Both the position numbers and the translations under genes were made by a program. A DNA stretch of 43,291 nucleotides from a virus, in the IMG/VR virus record IMGVR_UViG_3300028571_000001; one strand, written 5' to 3'. Below, piece by piece: positions 31,640 through 40,068 of the stretch (positions within the stretch are counted from its first letter, which is position 1; the number at the start of each line of letters is the position of its first letter). The notes beneath the pieces are model-generated. The model made no database searches. It was given only the letters and a program-made list of their open reading frames with translations, and had not been told where the DNA came from.

Positions 31640-31852
31640 ATGAAGTATCATAACATGTCTGACCTAAAGAAAATAAACATCGATAGGTGGTTTAGAATTG
31701 GCTATTGCATTACAGAATTTTGCGGCAGTGGAAAACGCCGCGACTTGCTTCCAAAAATACTTGCAAAACATCATATTTCAATGGACTTATTTGAAATAGG
31801 TTACAATGAGTATATTGGTGCATTTGATAGAAATTATTACGAAAATTACTAA
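31640..31852 (+). CDS. Hypothetical protein (70 aa)
   Basis: ORF packed in the rightward early operon. Confidence 0.45.
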   Translation: MKYHNMSDLKKINIDRWFRIGYCITEFCGSGKRRDLLPKILAKHHISMDLFEIGYNEYIGAFDRNYYENY

Positions 31853-31862
31853 ACTTTAAACT

Positions 31863-32513
31863 ATGTCAAAAGAAAAACCAAAATTCTCAGAGTTTATTTC
31901 TGAGATACAAAACCGTCGACTTACAATGTCAGAATCGGAATTTAAAAAATCAATCACATTAAAGGAATTAGACACTTTTAATGAGTTTTTGAACAAAAGC
32001 CCGAATCCTAAATGGATAAAAGAAAACAATGGAATGTTTTACTTACCAATTGATAAGGTTGAATGGATGCTTACTTATTTCTTCCAGAATTGGAGGCGTG
32101 AAATATTGCGCGAATCTGTAATGTTTAATGCAATTTCTGCAACAGTTAGATTGCACGTACAACATCCAATTACAGGTGAATGGACTTTTCACGATGGTGG
32201 TGGCGCTGTCAATGTTCAAGTTGCAAAAGATAAATCAGCTTCAGACTTATCTGCAATTAAACACAACGCTGTGCAACTTGCATACCCTTCTGCAATATCA
32301 TACGCTCTTAGTAATGCAGCAGGACAATTTGGGAAGGTATTTGGTCGAGATTTAGGGCGAAAAGGTACTTTAGAATTCAGCGGCGCTCATACCAAAGAAG
32401 AAGCGCAAGAACCGACAATTACGCAAAGGTTGCAAACGGCGCAACAAACACCGCAATACGAAGTAAATTTTGTAGCACAATCACCAGAAGAATCAATTTT
32501 AAATAACTTATAA
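31863..32513 (+). CDS. Single-strand annealing protein candidate (Rad52/Sak-like)
   Basis: The pattern FYLPIDKVEWML..W..EI...VRLHV.HPITGEW.FHDGGGA...AISYALSNAAGQFGKVFGRDLGR resembles Rad52-fold annealases. Lies near a PD-(D/E)XK nuclease gene. Confidence 0.4.
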   Translation: MSKEKPKFSEFISEIQNRRLTMSESEFKKSITLKELDTFNEFLNKSPNPKWIKENNGMFYLPIDKVEWMLTYFFQNWRREILRESVMFNAISATVRLHVQHPITGEWTFHDGGGAVNVQVAKDKSASDLSAIKHNAVQLAYPSAISYALSNAAGQFGKVFGRDLGRKGTLEFSGAHTKEEAQEPTITQRLQTAQQTPQYEVNFVAQSPEESILNNL

Positions 32514-32515
32514 CC

Positions 32516-33625
32516 ATGTCCACAACAAATCAACTACAAACAATCGAAAGCCAAGCACTTGCAAAAATCGAAACGCAATCTTTTCAACCCACACCCGAAC
32601 AGATGAACGCATGGTCGGTAATGGTCCGCAAGAAAAATGAATTAACTCAAACCCTCACCACCGCAGAATTAGAACTCCAGGGTATTTTATTGTCCGTAAA
32701 TGTGCAAGACCACAAAGCAATTGATGAGGCACTTGCAACTTATCGTAAAAAACACGGTGAATTAAAAGAAAATCGTTTAACTTTTACTAGGCTTATTGAA
32801 GAAAAGTTGTTTGCTCCGCTTATGGCGTTTGAAAAACGCGCGGAGCCAAAAACAAATGAGCAGTATTTAAAATTAGATACCACATCACTTGAACTTAGAA
32901 AAGCAGCAAACGAAGCTGCCGCAAAAAAGCAAGCCTATGAAAATGAAAAAGCGCGATTTTTAGCACATTGCGCTAATGAGTTTATGAGGTTGGAGGCGCA
33001 GTATATAAACGAACTGAATAATCAGATTGATACCGCTTATTCAGCATTTTTAACAGCAGGAATTAACCCACCACCCATAAGCAACGTTGAGGTAAATATG
33101 GGAGCCGTAAAAGTTGGTGCAATGTATAAGTTTGATGCTTCATTAATTAACAAAGAAGAAATGCAATCATTATATTTAACACTTACGCCACCTAATTACG
33201 ATCAGTTATTAGCCGATAAAATTGAAATGTTGCCGCAAGTGTTCGCAAATTATGAAATTGATTTGGCAAATGCAGTAGCAGCAATTGAAAGGCGTGAACT
33301 AGATGCAAAAATACAGGCTCAAAAGGTTGCTGAAAAAATAGAGGCTGAAGCGAGTGTTAATAATTTAATTGCAACAGCATCCGCACCGCAAATTGTAACG
33401 GCAAGAATTAAAAAGGAATTGAAAATTGAGCCTATTAATTCTCAAGCATGGGCACAGTTAATTATGACACAATTTATTGCTAATTTGCCAACTCTTGTTT
33501 CATATTTACGTGTTAAGACTTGGGCGAACGTTTCAATTCATCAAATGGCAGATGCAATGGCAAAACACGCTACTGATACAGGTGAAACTTTTAAGGGGAT
33601 TGTTTATACTGAAATTTTAAAATGA
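32516..33625 (+). CDS. Hypothetical protein (369 aa), helical
   Basis: ORF between the annealase candidate and the nuclease. No motif recognised. Confidence 0.5.
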   Translation: MSTTNQLQTIESQALAKIETQSFQPTPEQMNAWSVMVRKKNELTQTLTTAELELQGILLSVNVQDHKAIDEALATYRKKHGELKENRLTFTRLIEEKLFAPLMAFEKRAEPKTNEQYLKLDTTSLELRKAANEAAAKKQAYENEKARFLAHCANEFMRLEAQYINELNNQIDTAYSAFLTAGINPPPISNVEVNMGAVKVGAMYKFDASLINKEEMQSLYLTLTPPNYDQLLADKIEMLPQVFANYEIDLANAVAAIERRELDAKIQAQKVAEKIEAEASVNNLIATASAPQIVTARIKKELKIEPINSQAWAQLIMTQFIANLPTLVSYLRVKTWANVSIHQMADAMAKHATDTGETFKGIVYTEILK

Positions 33626-34200
33626 TACGTGTTAGCAATTTAAAATACTACTCCGATTTAGATTTTGATGAATACCTCGATATTAAGGGGTATTCATTCT
33701 CAGGAATTAAAATGTTGGAATCTGGAATAGCAATCGTACCATCCGAAGGAATGAAACTTGGAACCCGCGTTCACAACTTTTTACTTGAGCCTCATAAATA
33801 TGACCAAGTAGATTATTCAATTGTTACTAAAATTGGAGGTGAATTGAAGAAGTTTCTAGGACCCGCAATTAAATTTCTTGAAAAAGAAGTTGCGTTTACT
33901 TGTAAAATGGAATGTAACGGTATGCAAATGCAGTACAAAGGCCGCGCTGATTTACTTTATAAAGGCAAACTGATAATTGACTTAAAAGTTTTGGCTGGAA
34001 CATTAAAGCCAGCCGTTGAGCGATTTGGATACGAAAGGCAGTTAAGCGGTTACGCAATTGCAACATCAATCAACAATATATTACTACTTTCTTACAATAA
34101 ATCACTAAAGAAAGATAATATTGAACATCAAATGTTTTCACCTAATAAAGATTGGTGGAAGTATGTAATAACTAAGTATGGGGCACCATGCGTACAATAA
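33622..34200 (+). CDS. PD-(D/E)XK nuclease (RecB/Cas4-like exonuclease) candidate
   Basis: GTRVHNFLLEP plus YKGRADLLYKGKLIIDLKV fits the D ... (D/E)xK core. Confidence 0.5.
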   Translation: MIRVSNLKYYSDLDFDEYLDIKGYSFSGIKMLESGIAIVPSEGMKLGTRVHNFLLEPHKYDQVDYSIVTKIGGELKKFLGPAIKFLEKEVAFTCKMECNGMQMQYKGRADLLYKGKLIIDLKVLAGTLKPAVERFGYERQLSGYAIATSINNILLLSYNKSLKKDNIEHQMFSPNKDWWKYVITKYGAPCVQ

Positions 34201-34229
34201 TTAATATAAACCAATAAAATAAAAATAAA

Positions 34230-34550
34230 ATGGCACTATTCGCAAATGTATCAATTGAATTAAGTAAGTTAAGGGAAGTATTTAAAGAAAACCCTAATCA
34301 CTCTGCTTTTACAGTTCATGCAAACAAAAAAACTTATGTTAATCTTACAATTTGGAGCAATGATGATGTCGACCAATATGGCAACAATGTCTCTCTTCAA
34401 TTGAATTCAAAAAAGGATTTTAGAGAATTAGAAGGTAAAGTGTATATTGGAAATGGTAAACGTGCAGGAACGCAGTCGCAAGCCGCAGCCCCTAGCAAAA
34501 ATTACCAAGCACCAACAGCCGCAAATGTGGAGGATGATTTACCTTTTTAA
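34230..34550 (+). CDS. SSB-like protein with acidic C-terminal tip
   Basis: 106 aa ending in a Gln/Ala/Pro-rich linker and VEDDLPF, like the DDDIPF tip of bacterial SSB. The OB fold is not verified. Confidence 0.45.
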   Translation: MALFANVSIELSKLREVFKENPNHSAFTVHANKKTYVNLTIWSNDDVDQYGNNVSLQLNSKKDFRELEGKVYIGNGKRAGTQSQAAAPSKNYQAPTAANVEDDLPF

Positions 34551-34560
34551 TTAAAAAAAC

Positions 34561-34667
34561 AAAGTGGTTCAATCTCATATAGGTAGAATGAGAGGGCAGA
34601 TATAGCCCGTGCGGAAGCATATCGAAACGCATCCGTTAGAATGTAGGTTCAAATCCTGCCCACTTTG
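34561..34667 (+). ncRNA. tRNA-like structured element (non-canonical, about 107 nt)
   Basis: 7-bp closing stem AAAGTGG/CCACTTT. T-arm GTAGG-TTCAAAT-CCTGC directly 5' of the closing strand. Three further hairpins. Too long and lacks U33, so it is not a standard tRNA. Confidence 0.35.
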
Positions 34668-34686
34668 CTAAAAAAAACCAATCACA

Positions 34687-36249
34687 TTGAAAAAACAACT
34701 ATACGATTATCAGCTTTATCTTGTAAATGAAGCGATAAGAGCAACTCTGTATTACGATAAAATACTTATTCAAGCGGCAACTGCTGCAGGTAAGACAGTA
34801 ATGTTTAGTGCAATTGCTTATCGGTTTATTCAAAAGTCAAATGCAGATGTAATCATTTATGTTGATTCTGAAGATTTAGCAAAACAAACTAGAAACACTT
34901 TATTTGAATGGTATGGTATTTCTGCTCAATTTATTTTTGCAGGAATGAAGCGTGTACCAAAAGCGCGCGTTTATGTTGCAATGATAAATAGTGTTGGTAA
35001 ACGTATGCCATCCAATATAGGACTTGGAATAATTGATGAATGTCATATTGCAACTTTGCATAAGGCTCATACATTTACTCAAGGGGTAAAATTACTTGGA
35101 TTTACAGCCACACCATTATCGGCAAATAAGAAACAACCTTTAAAAGATATTTATCAGCATATTATTGTTGGTCCTCAGATAAAAGAACTTATTGAAAAAA
35201 AAGCACTTTGCCAAAATATTACTATTGCACCTAAAGACATTGTTGATAGAAATGAATTAGCAACAAAGGGAGGTGAATTTAATGATAGGTTAATGGGTAA
35301 TGAGTTTTCAAAAGCAAAACACGTTAAGTCAACTTTAAAGTATTATGAGAAATTTTTAAAACACAAAAAGACTTTAGTATTTAATTGTAATGTTTCGCAT
35401 TCGATTGAAGTCTGCAGACATTTTAAAGCAGCAGGTTATAATTGCAAGCACGTTGATGCTGTAAGCGTAAGTAAAACAGAATATGAAAAAATACTTGAAT
35501 GGTTAAAGCACACACCTGATGCGATACTTTGCAGCGTCGGTAAAATGACAAAAGGCTTCGATGAAAAAACGGTTATGGGGCTTATTGTTAATCGCTCCAT
35601 AATGTCATTATCTCTTTGGCTGCAGATAATGGGTAGAGGTGGAAGAGTTTGCGAAGGTAAAAATGAGTTTATTGCAATTGACATGGGAGCCAACGCCGTA
35701 AACTTAGGTGATTGGTCGGACGATAGAGATTGGATAGATATTTTTGAAAATCCTCCTACGGCACGTAAAACAGTGGGGGTTGCACCTTGTAAATCTTGCC
35801 CACAATGTGAAGCAATTATTTCATCACAATCAAATGATTGTAAATATTGCGGGTATCACTACCCTGCAAAAAAAGTTGCTGAAGAAGTATTGGTAAGTGA
35901 AGAATATAGGGTGCTTACAAAAGGAATTGATGTATCGCGCCTTATTACCTCAGCAAATAATAAAGGATATAAAGAATATGCAAGTTTTTATGAAATTGGT
36001 AAGCGGTTAATTAAGAATGCGCCGAAAGGTACTAGCCAAAGTACAATTGAACAAACTTATGTTTTGGAAGCCCGTAAATGGTGCGAAGCGAAAGGTAAAA
36101 AGTATAACCCATTTCACAAAAAACTTATAAAGGAATTTATTGAAGCAGAAATTAGTAAATTGCAAGCCACACCGCCAACCCAAAATTTACAACCACAACT
36201 AACTACACTCCAACCAATCACTAATATACTCCCGACATGGCTGCAATGA
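34687..36249 (+). CDS. SF2 DNA helicase (DEAD/DEAH, res-subunit-like) with C-terminal zinc ribbon
   Basis: Motif I QAATAAGKT, motif II IIDECH, later MGRGGR, and CKSCPQCEA...CKYCGY. Appears to use a TTG start, since there is no in-frame ATG nearby. Confidence 0.75.
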   Translation: MKKQLYDYQLYLVNEAIRATLYYDKILIQAATAAGKTVMFSAIAYRFIQKSNADVIIYVDSEDLAKQTRNTLFEWYGISAQFIFAGMKRVPKARVYVAMINSVGKRMPSNIGLGIIDECHIATLHKAHTFTQGVKLLGFTATPLSANKKQPLKDIYQHIIVGPQIKELIEKKALCQNITIAPKDIVDRNELATKGGEFNDRLMGNEFSKAKHVKSTLKYYEKFLKHKKTLVFNCNVSHSIEVCRHFKAAGYNCKHVDAVSVSKTEYEKILEWLKHTPDAILCSVGKMTKGFDEKTVMGLIVNRSIMSLSLWLQIMGRGGRVCEGKNEFIAIDMGANAVNLGDWSDDRDWIDIFENPPTARKTVGVAPCKSCPQCEAIISSQSNDCKYCGYHYPAKKVAEEVLVSEEYRVLTKGIDVSRLITSANNKGYKEYASFYEIGKRLIKNAPKGTSQSTIEQTYVLEARKWCEAKGKKYNPFHKKLIKEFIEAEISKLQATPPTQNLQPQLTTLQPITNILPTWLQ

Positions 36250-38423
36250 TTTCGATTTATAATGGAGCAAAAGACACCAAGTCAACAGAAACTATTGCAA
36301 TTGATTTATTTTTAGAATCAGTTAAAAATGGACGCTGGCAAGATATTGTGTTGCCAATTAGAGCAATTGGAGATAAGGAAATTAGGAACGAAGCTAAAAA
36401 GAAAGCGATAGCGGTTACAATTAGCGGGGCATTTAAAGAGCGAAAAGACGAGGCAATTGAAAAACACAGTGGTTACATTGGAATTGATATTGATGAAATT
36501 ACTAATTTTAATGCTCAGCGCAGAATTTTGCAATCTGACAAATATGTTTACGCGCTTTTTGCTTCAATTTCTGGACGTGGCCTTTGTGCAATATTTAAGA
36601 TTGCCCCTGCAAAACATCGAGATTCTTTTAACGGAATTTCTGAATATTTATTTAAGAATTACAATATCATAATTGACCCTACATCGGTTAATCAATCTAG
36701 GGCGCGTTTTGTTTCTTACGACCCTGAACTTTACATTAACCCTTATGCAGAAAAGTTTACTCAATATCCAACTGCAAAGCCGCCGCGAAAGATTGAAAAT
36801 GTTGTTTTTCTTGATGATGATTTTAAATCTATACTATCACAGATAACCGCCAACCGCATTAACCTTTGCGATAATTACCATGAATGGTTAAGGATAGGAT
36901 TTTCATTTGTACATCAATTTAATGAAAGCGGGCGCGAATACTTCCACTTAGTTTCTCAATACTCAATAAAGTATGATTCTGCAATTTGCGATAAGCAGTA
37001 CGATGCAATGATTCGCCACCGCGCTTCAAACATTGTTACAATTGCAACATTTTACTATTACGCTAAGTCGGCGGGAATTGAAATACACTCGCCCCGCACA
37101 AGAAAAATTATTCAAGCTGCGAAGCAAGGTAAAGCCGCCGCCCTTTCTCCATCACAAATCGCAACCAACCTCAAAAAGTTTGAAGATATTGACATTGATG
37201 CAGAAAAAATTGAGGCAATAAATAAATCTTCGGCAAACCCATCGGATCAGCTTGATATTGTTTCGCAAATGGAAATGTTCATACGTGGTAACTACGATTT
37301 AAAACGTAATTACATCACCCAATATATTGAGGATAGCGGCAAAAAGCAGGAAGCAATACAAGTAAACAGTATATTTTTGAAAATGAAAAAGGTAATTCAA
37401 AAGGCCGAAGAAAGGCTTTTTAAGTTGCTTTTAAATTCAGATTTTATCCAGGAGTACAATCCGCTTTTAGATTTTTTTGAACAAAACAAACATCATAATT
37501 CAACAGGTCACATTAAAAAACTAATTTCTTCAATTAAAACAATTGATAGTGCACACGCGGAATATTTCTTTACTAAATGGATTGTAGGTGTAATAGCTTC
37601 AATTCATGGGCATCATTCGCCTTTCATTGTAATTCTTTATTCTAAGCAAGTAACAGGTAAAACAGAGTTTTGGAGGCGGCTATGGACTAAAGAATTAAAA
37701 TCATATTACGCTGAGGTGTCATCGGGAATGAAAGACACAGATTTTGAAATTTTGATGAGTCAAAAAATTGTTGTAATGGACGATGAGTGCGGCAACAAAT
37801 CAAAAAAAGATGTTGAGCACCAAAAGTCAATATCTTCAAAAGAGGAGTTTACATTGCGTAAGCCTTACGGAGAAGGAAATGTTACATTACCTCGCCTTGC
37901 AATGCTTTGTGGAACTACTAACGAGGACGATATTTTAAAAGATTTGACAGGTAATAGCCGCTACATTATAATTGATTTTCAAGGTTACGATTGGGAAATT
38001 TACAATAGTGTTGATAAAACGGCGCTACTTATGGAGGCTTACAATTTATATAAAAGCGGATTTGAATATGAAAGAAAATCAAGCGAACTGGATTACCTAA
38101 ATAAGTATGATTATCTGTACATGGCTCCAACCTCAGCATGTGAATTACTTCAAAAGTATTTTGCCCCAACAACAGAGGAAAAAGGCACACCAATGACCGC
38201 GACTGATTTTGCAGTCTATTTTGAGGCTGAAACAAGGCAGAAAATCAATACAAAAATTCTTGGAATGGAATTGAAGCGGTTAGGATACAAGCAGGTAAAG
38301 GATAAAAAAGGCAGTAGAGTTTATTATTGTTACCCTCTTTCAACATCTCAAACAACATCACAATTATTAGTTGGAATTGAGCCGAAACATTTTCCAGACT
38401 TAAGCGAAGATTTGCCATTTTAA
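36237..38423 (+). CDS. Primase-helicase (VirE / primase-polymerase N-domain plus P-loop NTPase)
   Basis: N-terminus GYIGIDIDE...SGRGLCAIFKI...SRARFVSYDP. C-terminal Walker A SKQVTGKT and Walker B VVMDDE. Ends in SEDLPF. Confidence 0.7.
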   Translation: MAAMISIYNGAKDTKSTETIAIDLFLESVKNGRWQDIVLPIRAIGDKEIRNEAKKKAIAVTISGAFKERKDEAIEKHSGYIGIDIDEITNFNAQRRILQSDKYVYALFASISGRGLCAIFKIAPAKHRDSFNGISEYLFKNYNIIIDPTSVNQSRARFVSYDPELYINPYAEKFTQYPTAKPPRKIENVVFLDDDFKSILSQITANRINLCDNYHEWLRIGFSFVHQFNESGREYFHLVSQYSIKYDSAICDKQYDAMIRHRASNIVTIATFYYYAKSAGIEIHSPRTRKIIQAAKQGKAAALSPSQIATNLKKFEDIDIDAEKIEAINKSSANPSDQLDIVSQMEMFIRGNYDLKRNYITQYIEDSGKKQEAIQVNSIFLKMKKVIQKAEERLFKLLLNSDFIQEYNPLLDFFEQNKHHNSTGHIKKLISSIKTIDSAHAEYFFTKWIVGVIASIHGHHSPFIVILYSKQVTGKTEFWRRLWTKELKSYYAEVSSGMKDTDFEILMSQKIVVMDDECGNKSKKDVEHQKSISSKEEFTLRKPYGEGNVTLPRLAMLCGTTNEDDILKDLTGNSRYIIIDFQGYDWEIYNSVDKTALLMEAYNLYKSGFEYERKSSELDYLNKYDYLYMAPTSACELLQKYFAPTTEEKGTPMTATDFAVYFEAETRQKINTKILGMELKRLGYKQVKDKKGSRVYYCYPLSTSQTTSQLLVGIEPKHFPDLSEDLPF

Positions 38424-38449
38424 TATTAAACACCCGACCATTAAAACAA

Positions 38450-38480
38450 ACCTGCATACTTTTGCGGGTTTTTTATTTTT
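38450..38480 (+). terminator. Rho-independent terminator
   Basis: ACCTGCA (38450-38456) pairs with TGCGGGT (38463-38469), followed by a T-run. Confidence 0.65.
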
Positions 38481-38855
38481 ACAATGTTTGTACGTACAAA
38501 CAATTTGAATTTTTAAAAATTGCCATCAATCTTTACTTAAACGTGCTTTATATCTAAATTAGTAAACAATATTACATCTTGGCAGATTTGACAGATAAAA
38601 AAAATCTGTCAAAAGCTGAACGCCTACTATAAGTAAGGATATAGTAGTACTTTTGACAGATGACAGATTTTTTTATAAAAAAGTATATAGAAAAATATAT
38701 TTATTTATAGCCCTATTTTTACAATGTTATTTCTATATAACAGAGTCAAAATGCAAATTATCTGTCATCTGTCAAAAAATCGGCTAAAAACGTTGATGCT
38801 CTAAGAAGATAGCTTTTGACAGATAAAAATACATCTGTCCTATCTGACAAAAAAT
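38474..38855. promoter_or_regulatory. Origin-like / operator-rich region with TTTTGACAGAT iterons
   Basis: At least 8 copies or near-copies of GACAGAT in both orientations, an 18-bp palindrome (38485-38502), a 15-bp direct repeat (38474-38488 and 38714-38728) and AT-rich spacers. Confidence 0.55.
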
Positions 38856-38895
38856 TAAAAACTATTATTATTTGTTTTCAATTAAATAATATTTT

Positions 38896-38903
38896 TATAT
38901 TTG
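38896..38903 (+). promoter_or_regulatory. -7 promoter motif TATATTTG, 3 nt before ATG 38907
   Basis: Reads TATATTTGcccATG. The track TTG start at 38901 lies inside the motif. Confidence 0.45.
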
Positions 38904-38906
38904 CCC

Positions 38907-39257
38907 ATGAACTTATCCGAAGACCGATTACAATCCGATTGCTTCCAATGGTTTCATAATACTTATCCTGATTTGCGAGGGTTATTGTGGCACGTTCCGA
39001 ACGGTGGGAATAGAAACGCACATGAGGCAAATAAACTTAAAGCAATGGGAGTTGTTGCAGGGGTTGCTGATTTGCATTTTTATTATAATGGCAACCTACA
39101 CCTATTTGAACTTAAAACAGAAATTGGTAGGTTGTCACCTGCTCAAGAATTGTGGTTAGCAAAAATGGAGTATCAAGGTGCAAAAGTCAACATCGTGCGT
39201 GATTTCGCTACTTTTCAATATATTATTAATAATTTAATATCAAATGGCAGCAACTAA
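38907..39257 (+). CDS. VRR-NUC domain nuclease
   Basis: GVADLHFYYNGNLHLFELKTEIGRLSPAQELWLAKMEYQGAKVNIV matches the VRR-NUC PD-(D/E)XK core. Confidence 0.7.
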   Translation: MNLSEDRLQSDCFQWFHNTYPDLRGLLWHVPNGGNRNAHEANKLKAMGVVAGVADLHFYYNGNLHLFELKTEIGRLSPAQELWLAKMEYQGAKVNIVRDFATFQYIINNLISNGSN

Positions 39258-39474
39258 TCAACGCCCCCACAAACTACCAACCAAGCCCTACAAACCATTA
39301 TCTGAGCAAATAAGTATGTTGGGTATGGAATCAGCTTATTTTTCGCACGGTGGCAAAAATTTTGAAATTTTGGCAACAAATGTTAAACCGCATATTCATA
39401 CGATTAAGAATTGTGAGACGGGTTCCACGATTGAAATGCTTCATAGTAGATTGATTGCTTTGTCGCAGTCTTAA
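39244..39474 (+). CDS. Hypothetical protein (76 aa)
   Basis: ORF overlapping the VRR-NUC stop by 14 nt. No motif. Confidence 0.4.
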   Translation: MAATNQRPHKLPTKPYKPLSEQISMLGMESAYFSHGGKNFEILATNVKPHIHTIKNCETGSTIEMLHSRLIALSQS

Positions 39475-39552
39475 TTGTTGTTTTGTATGGTAACTATTGA
39501 ATCTTATTGTTTTTTATTATTATCTTTGCCTCATAGTTGAGGTTTAAATTAA

Positions 39553-39591
39553 ATGCGCAGTTTCGTGATTGGTTCTGCGCATTATTTTTTT
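39553..39591 (+). terminator. Rho-independent terminator
   Basis: ATGCGCAG (39553-39560) pairs with CTGCGCAT (39575-39582), followed by tattttttt. Confidence 0.75.
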
Positions 39592-39594
39592 ATG

Positions 39595-39602
39595 TAAATT
39601 TG
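39595..39602 (+). promoter_or_regulatory. -7 promoter motif TAAATTTG, 4 nt before ATG 39607
   Basis: Reads TAAATTTGcggtATG. Would start the packaging/late operon on a near-leaderless mRNA. Confidence 0.45.
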
Positions 39603-39606
39603 CGGT

Positions 39607-40068
39607 ATGTCAGCACCTAAAGGAAATGAATTTTGGAAGAATAGGTCAAAGCATGGAAGAGATAAGATTTTCTCTTCTCCAGAAATATTATTGGAAGAAT
39701 CTTTAAAATACTTTCAATGGTGCATTGATAATCCATTTATTGAAGTTGATTTTAGAGGTAAAGATGCTAAAGAAGTTTATATTCCAAAGATGCGACCTTT
39801 TACTTGGGATGGTCTTGAATTATTTCTAGGAGTTGAAAGTTTAAGAGAGTATAAAAAAAACCCTGATTACAAAGAATTTTCCCAAGTCATAGCACGTATT
39901 GGCAAAATCATCTACGAACAAAAATTTTCTGGAGCCGCTGCTGGCTTTTTAAATCCAAATATTATCGCTCGCGATTTAGGACTAAAAGAGCAGTCCGATG
40001 TAACAAGTGGAGGCGAAAAAATTAACCAAGTAATAAATTGGGGAGACAAGCAAATACCAATTTCATAA
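39607..40068 (+). CDS. terS: Terminase small subunit
   Basis: The N-terminus SAPKGNEFWKNRSKHGRDKIFSSPEILLEESLKYFQWC is a pattern seen in small terminase / DNA packaging proteins. Lies immediately upstream of TerL. Confidence 0.6.
   Translation: MSAPKGNEFWKNRSKHGRDKIFSSPEILLEESLKYFQWCIDNPFIEVDFRGKDAKEVYIPKMRPFTWDGLELFLGVESLREYKKNPDYKEFSQVIARIGKIIYEQKFSGAAAGFLNPNIIARDLGLKEQSDVTSGGEKINQVINWGDKQIPIS

Noticed and set aside
34561-34667. A canonical tRNA gene.
   Set aside because: The acceptor-to-acceptor span is about 107 nt, with 6 nt between the acceptor and the first hairpin. The anticodon-like loop AGATATA lacks U33, and there are too many internal stems. It is kept only as a tRNA-like element.
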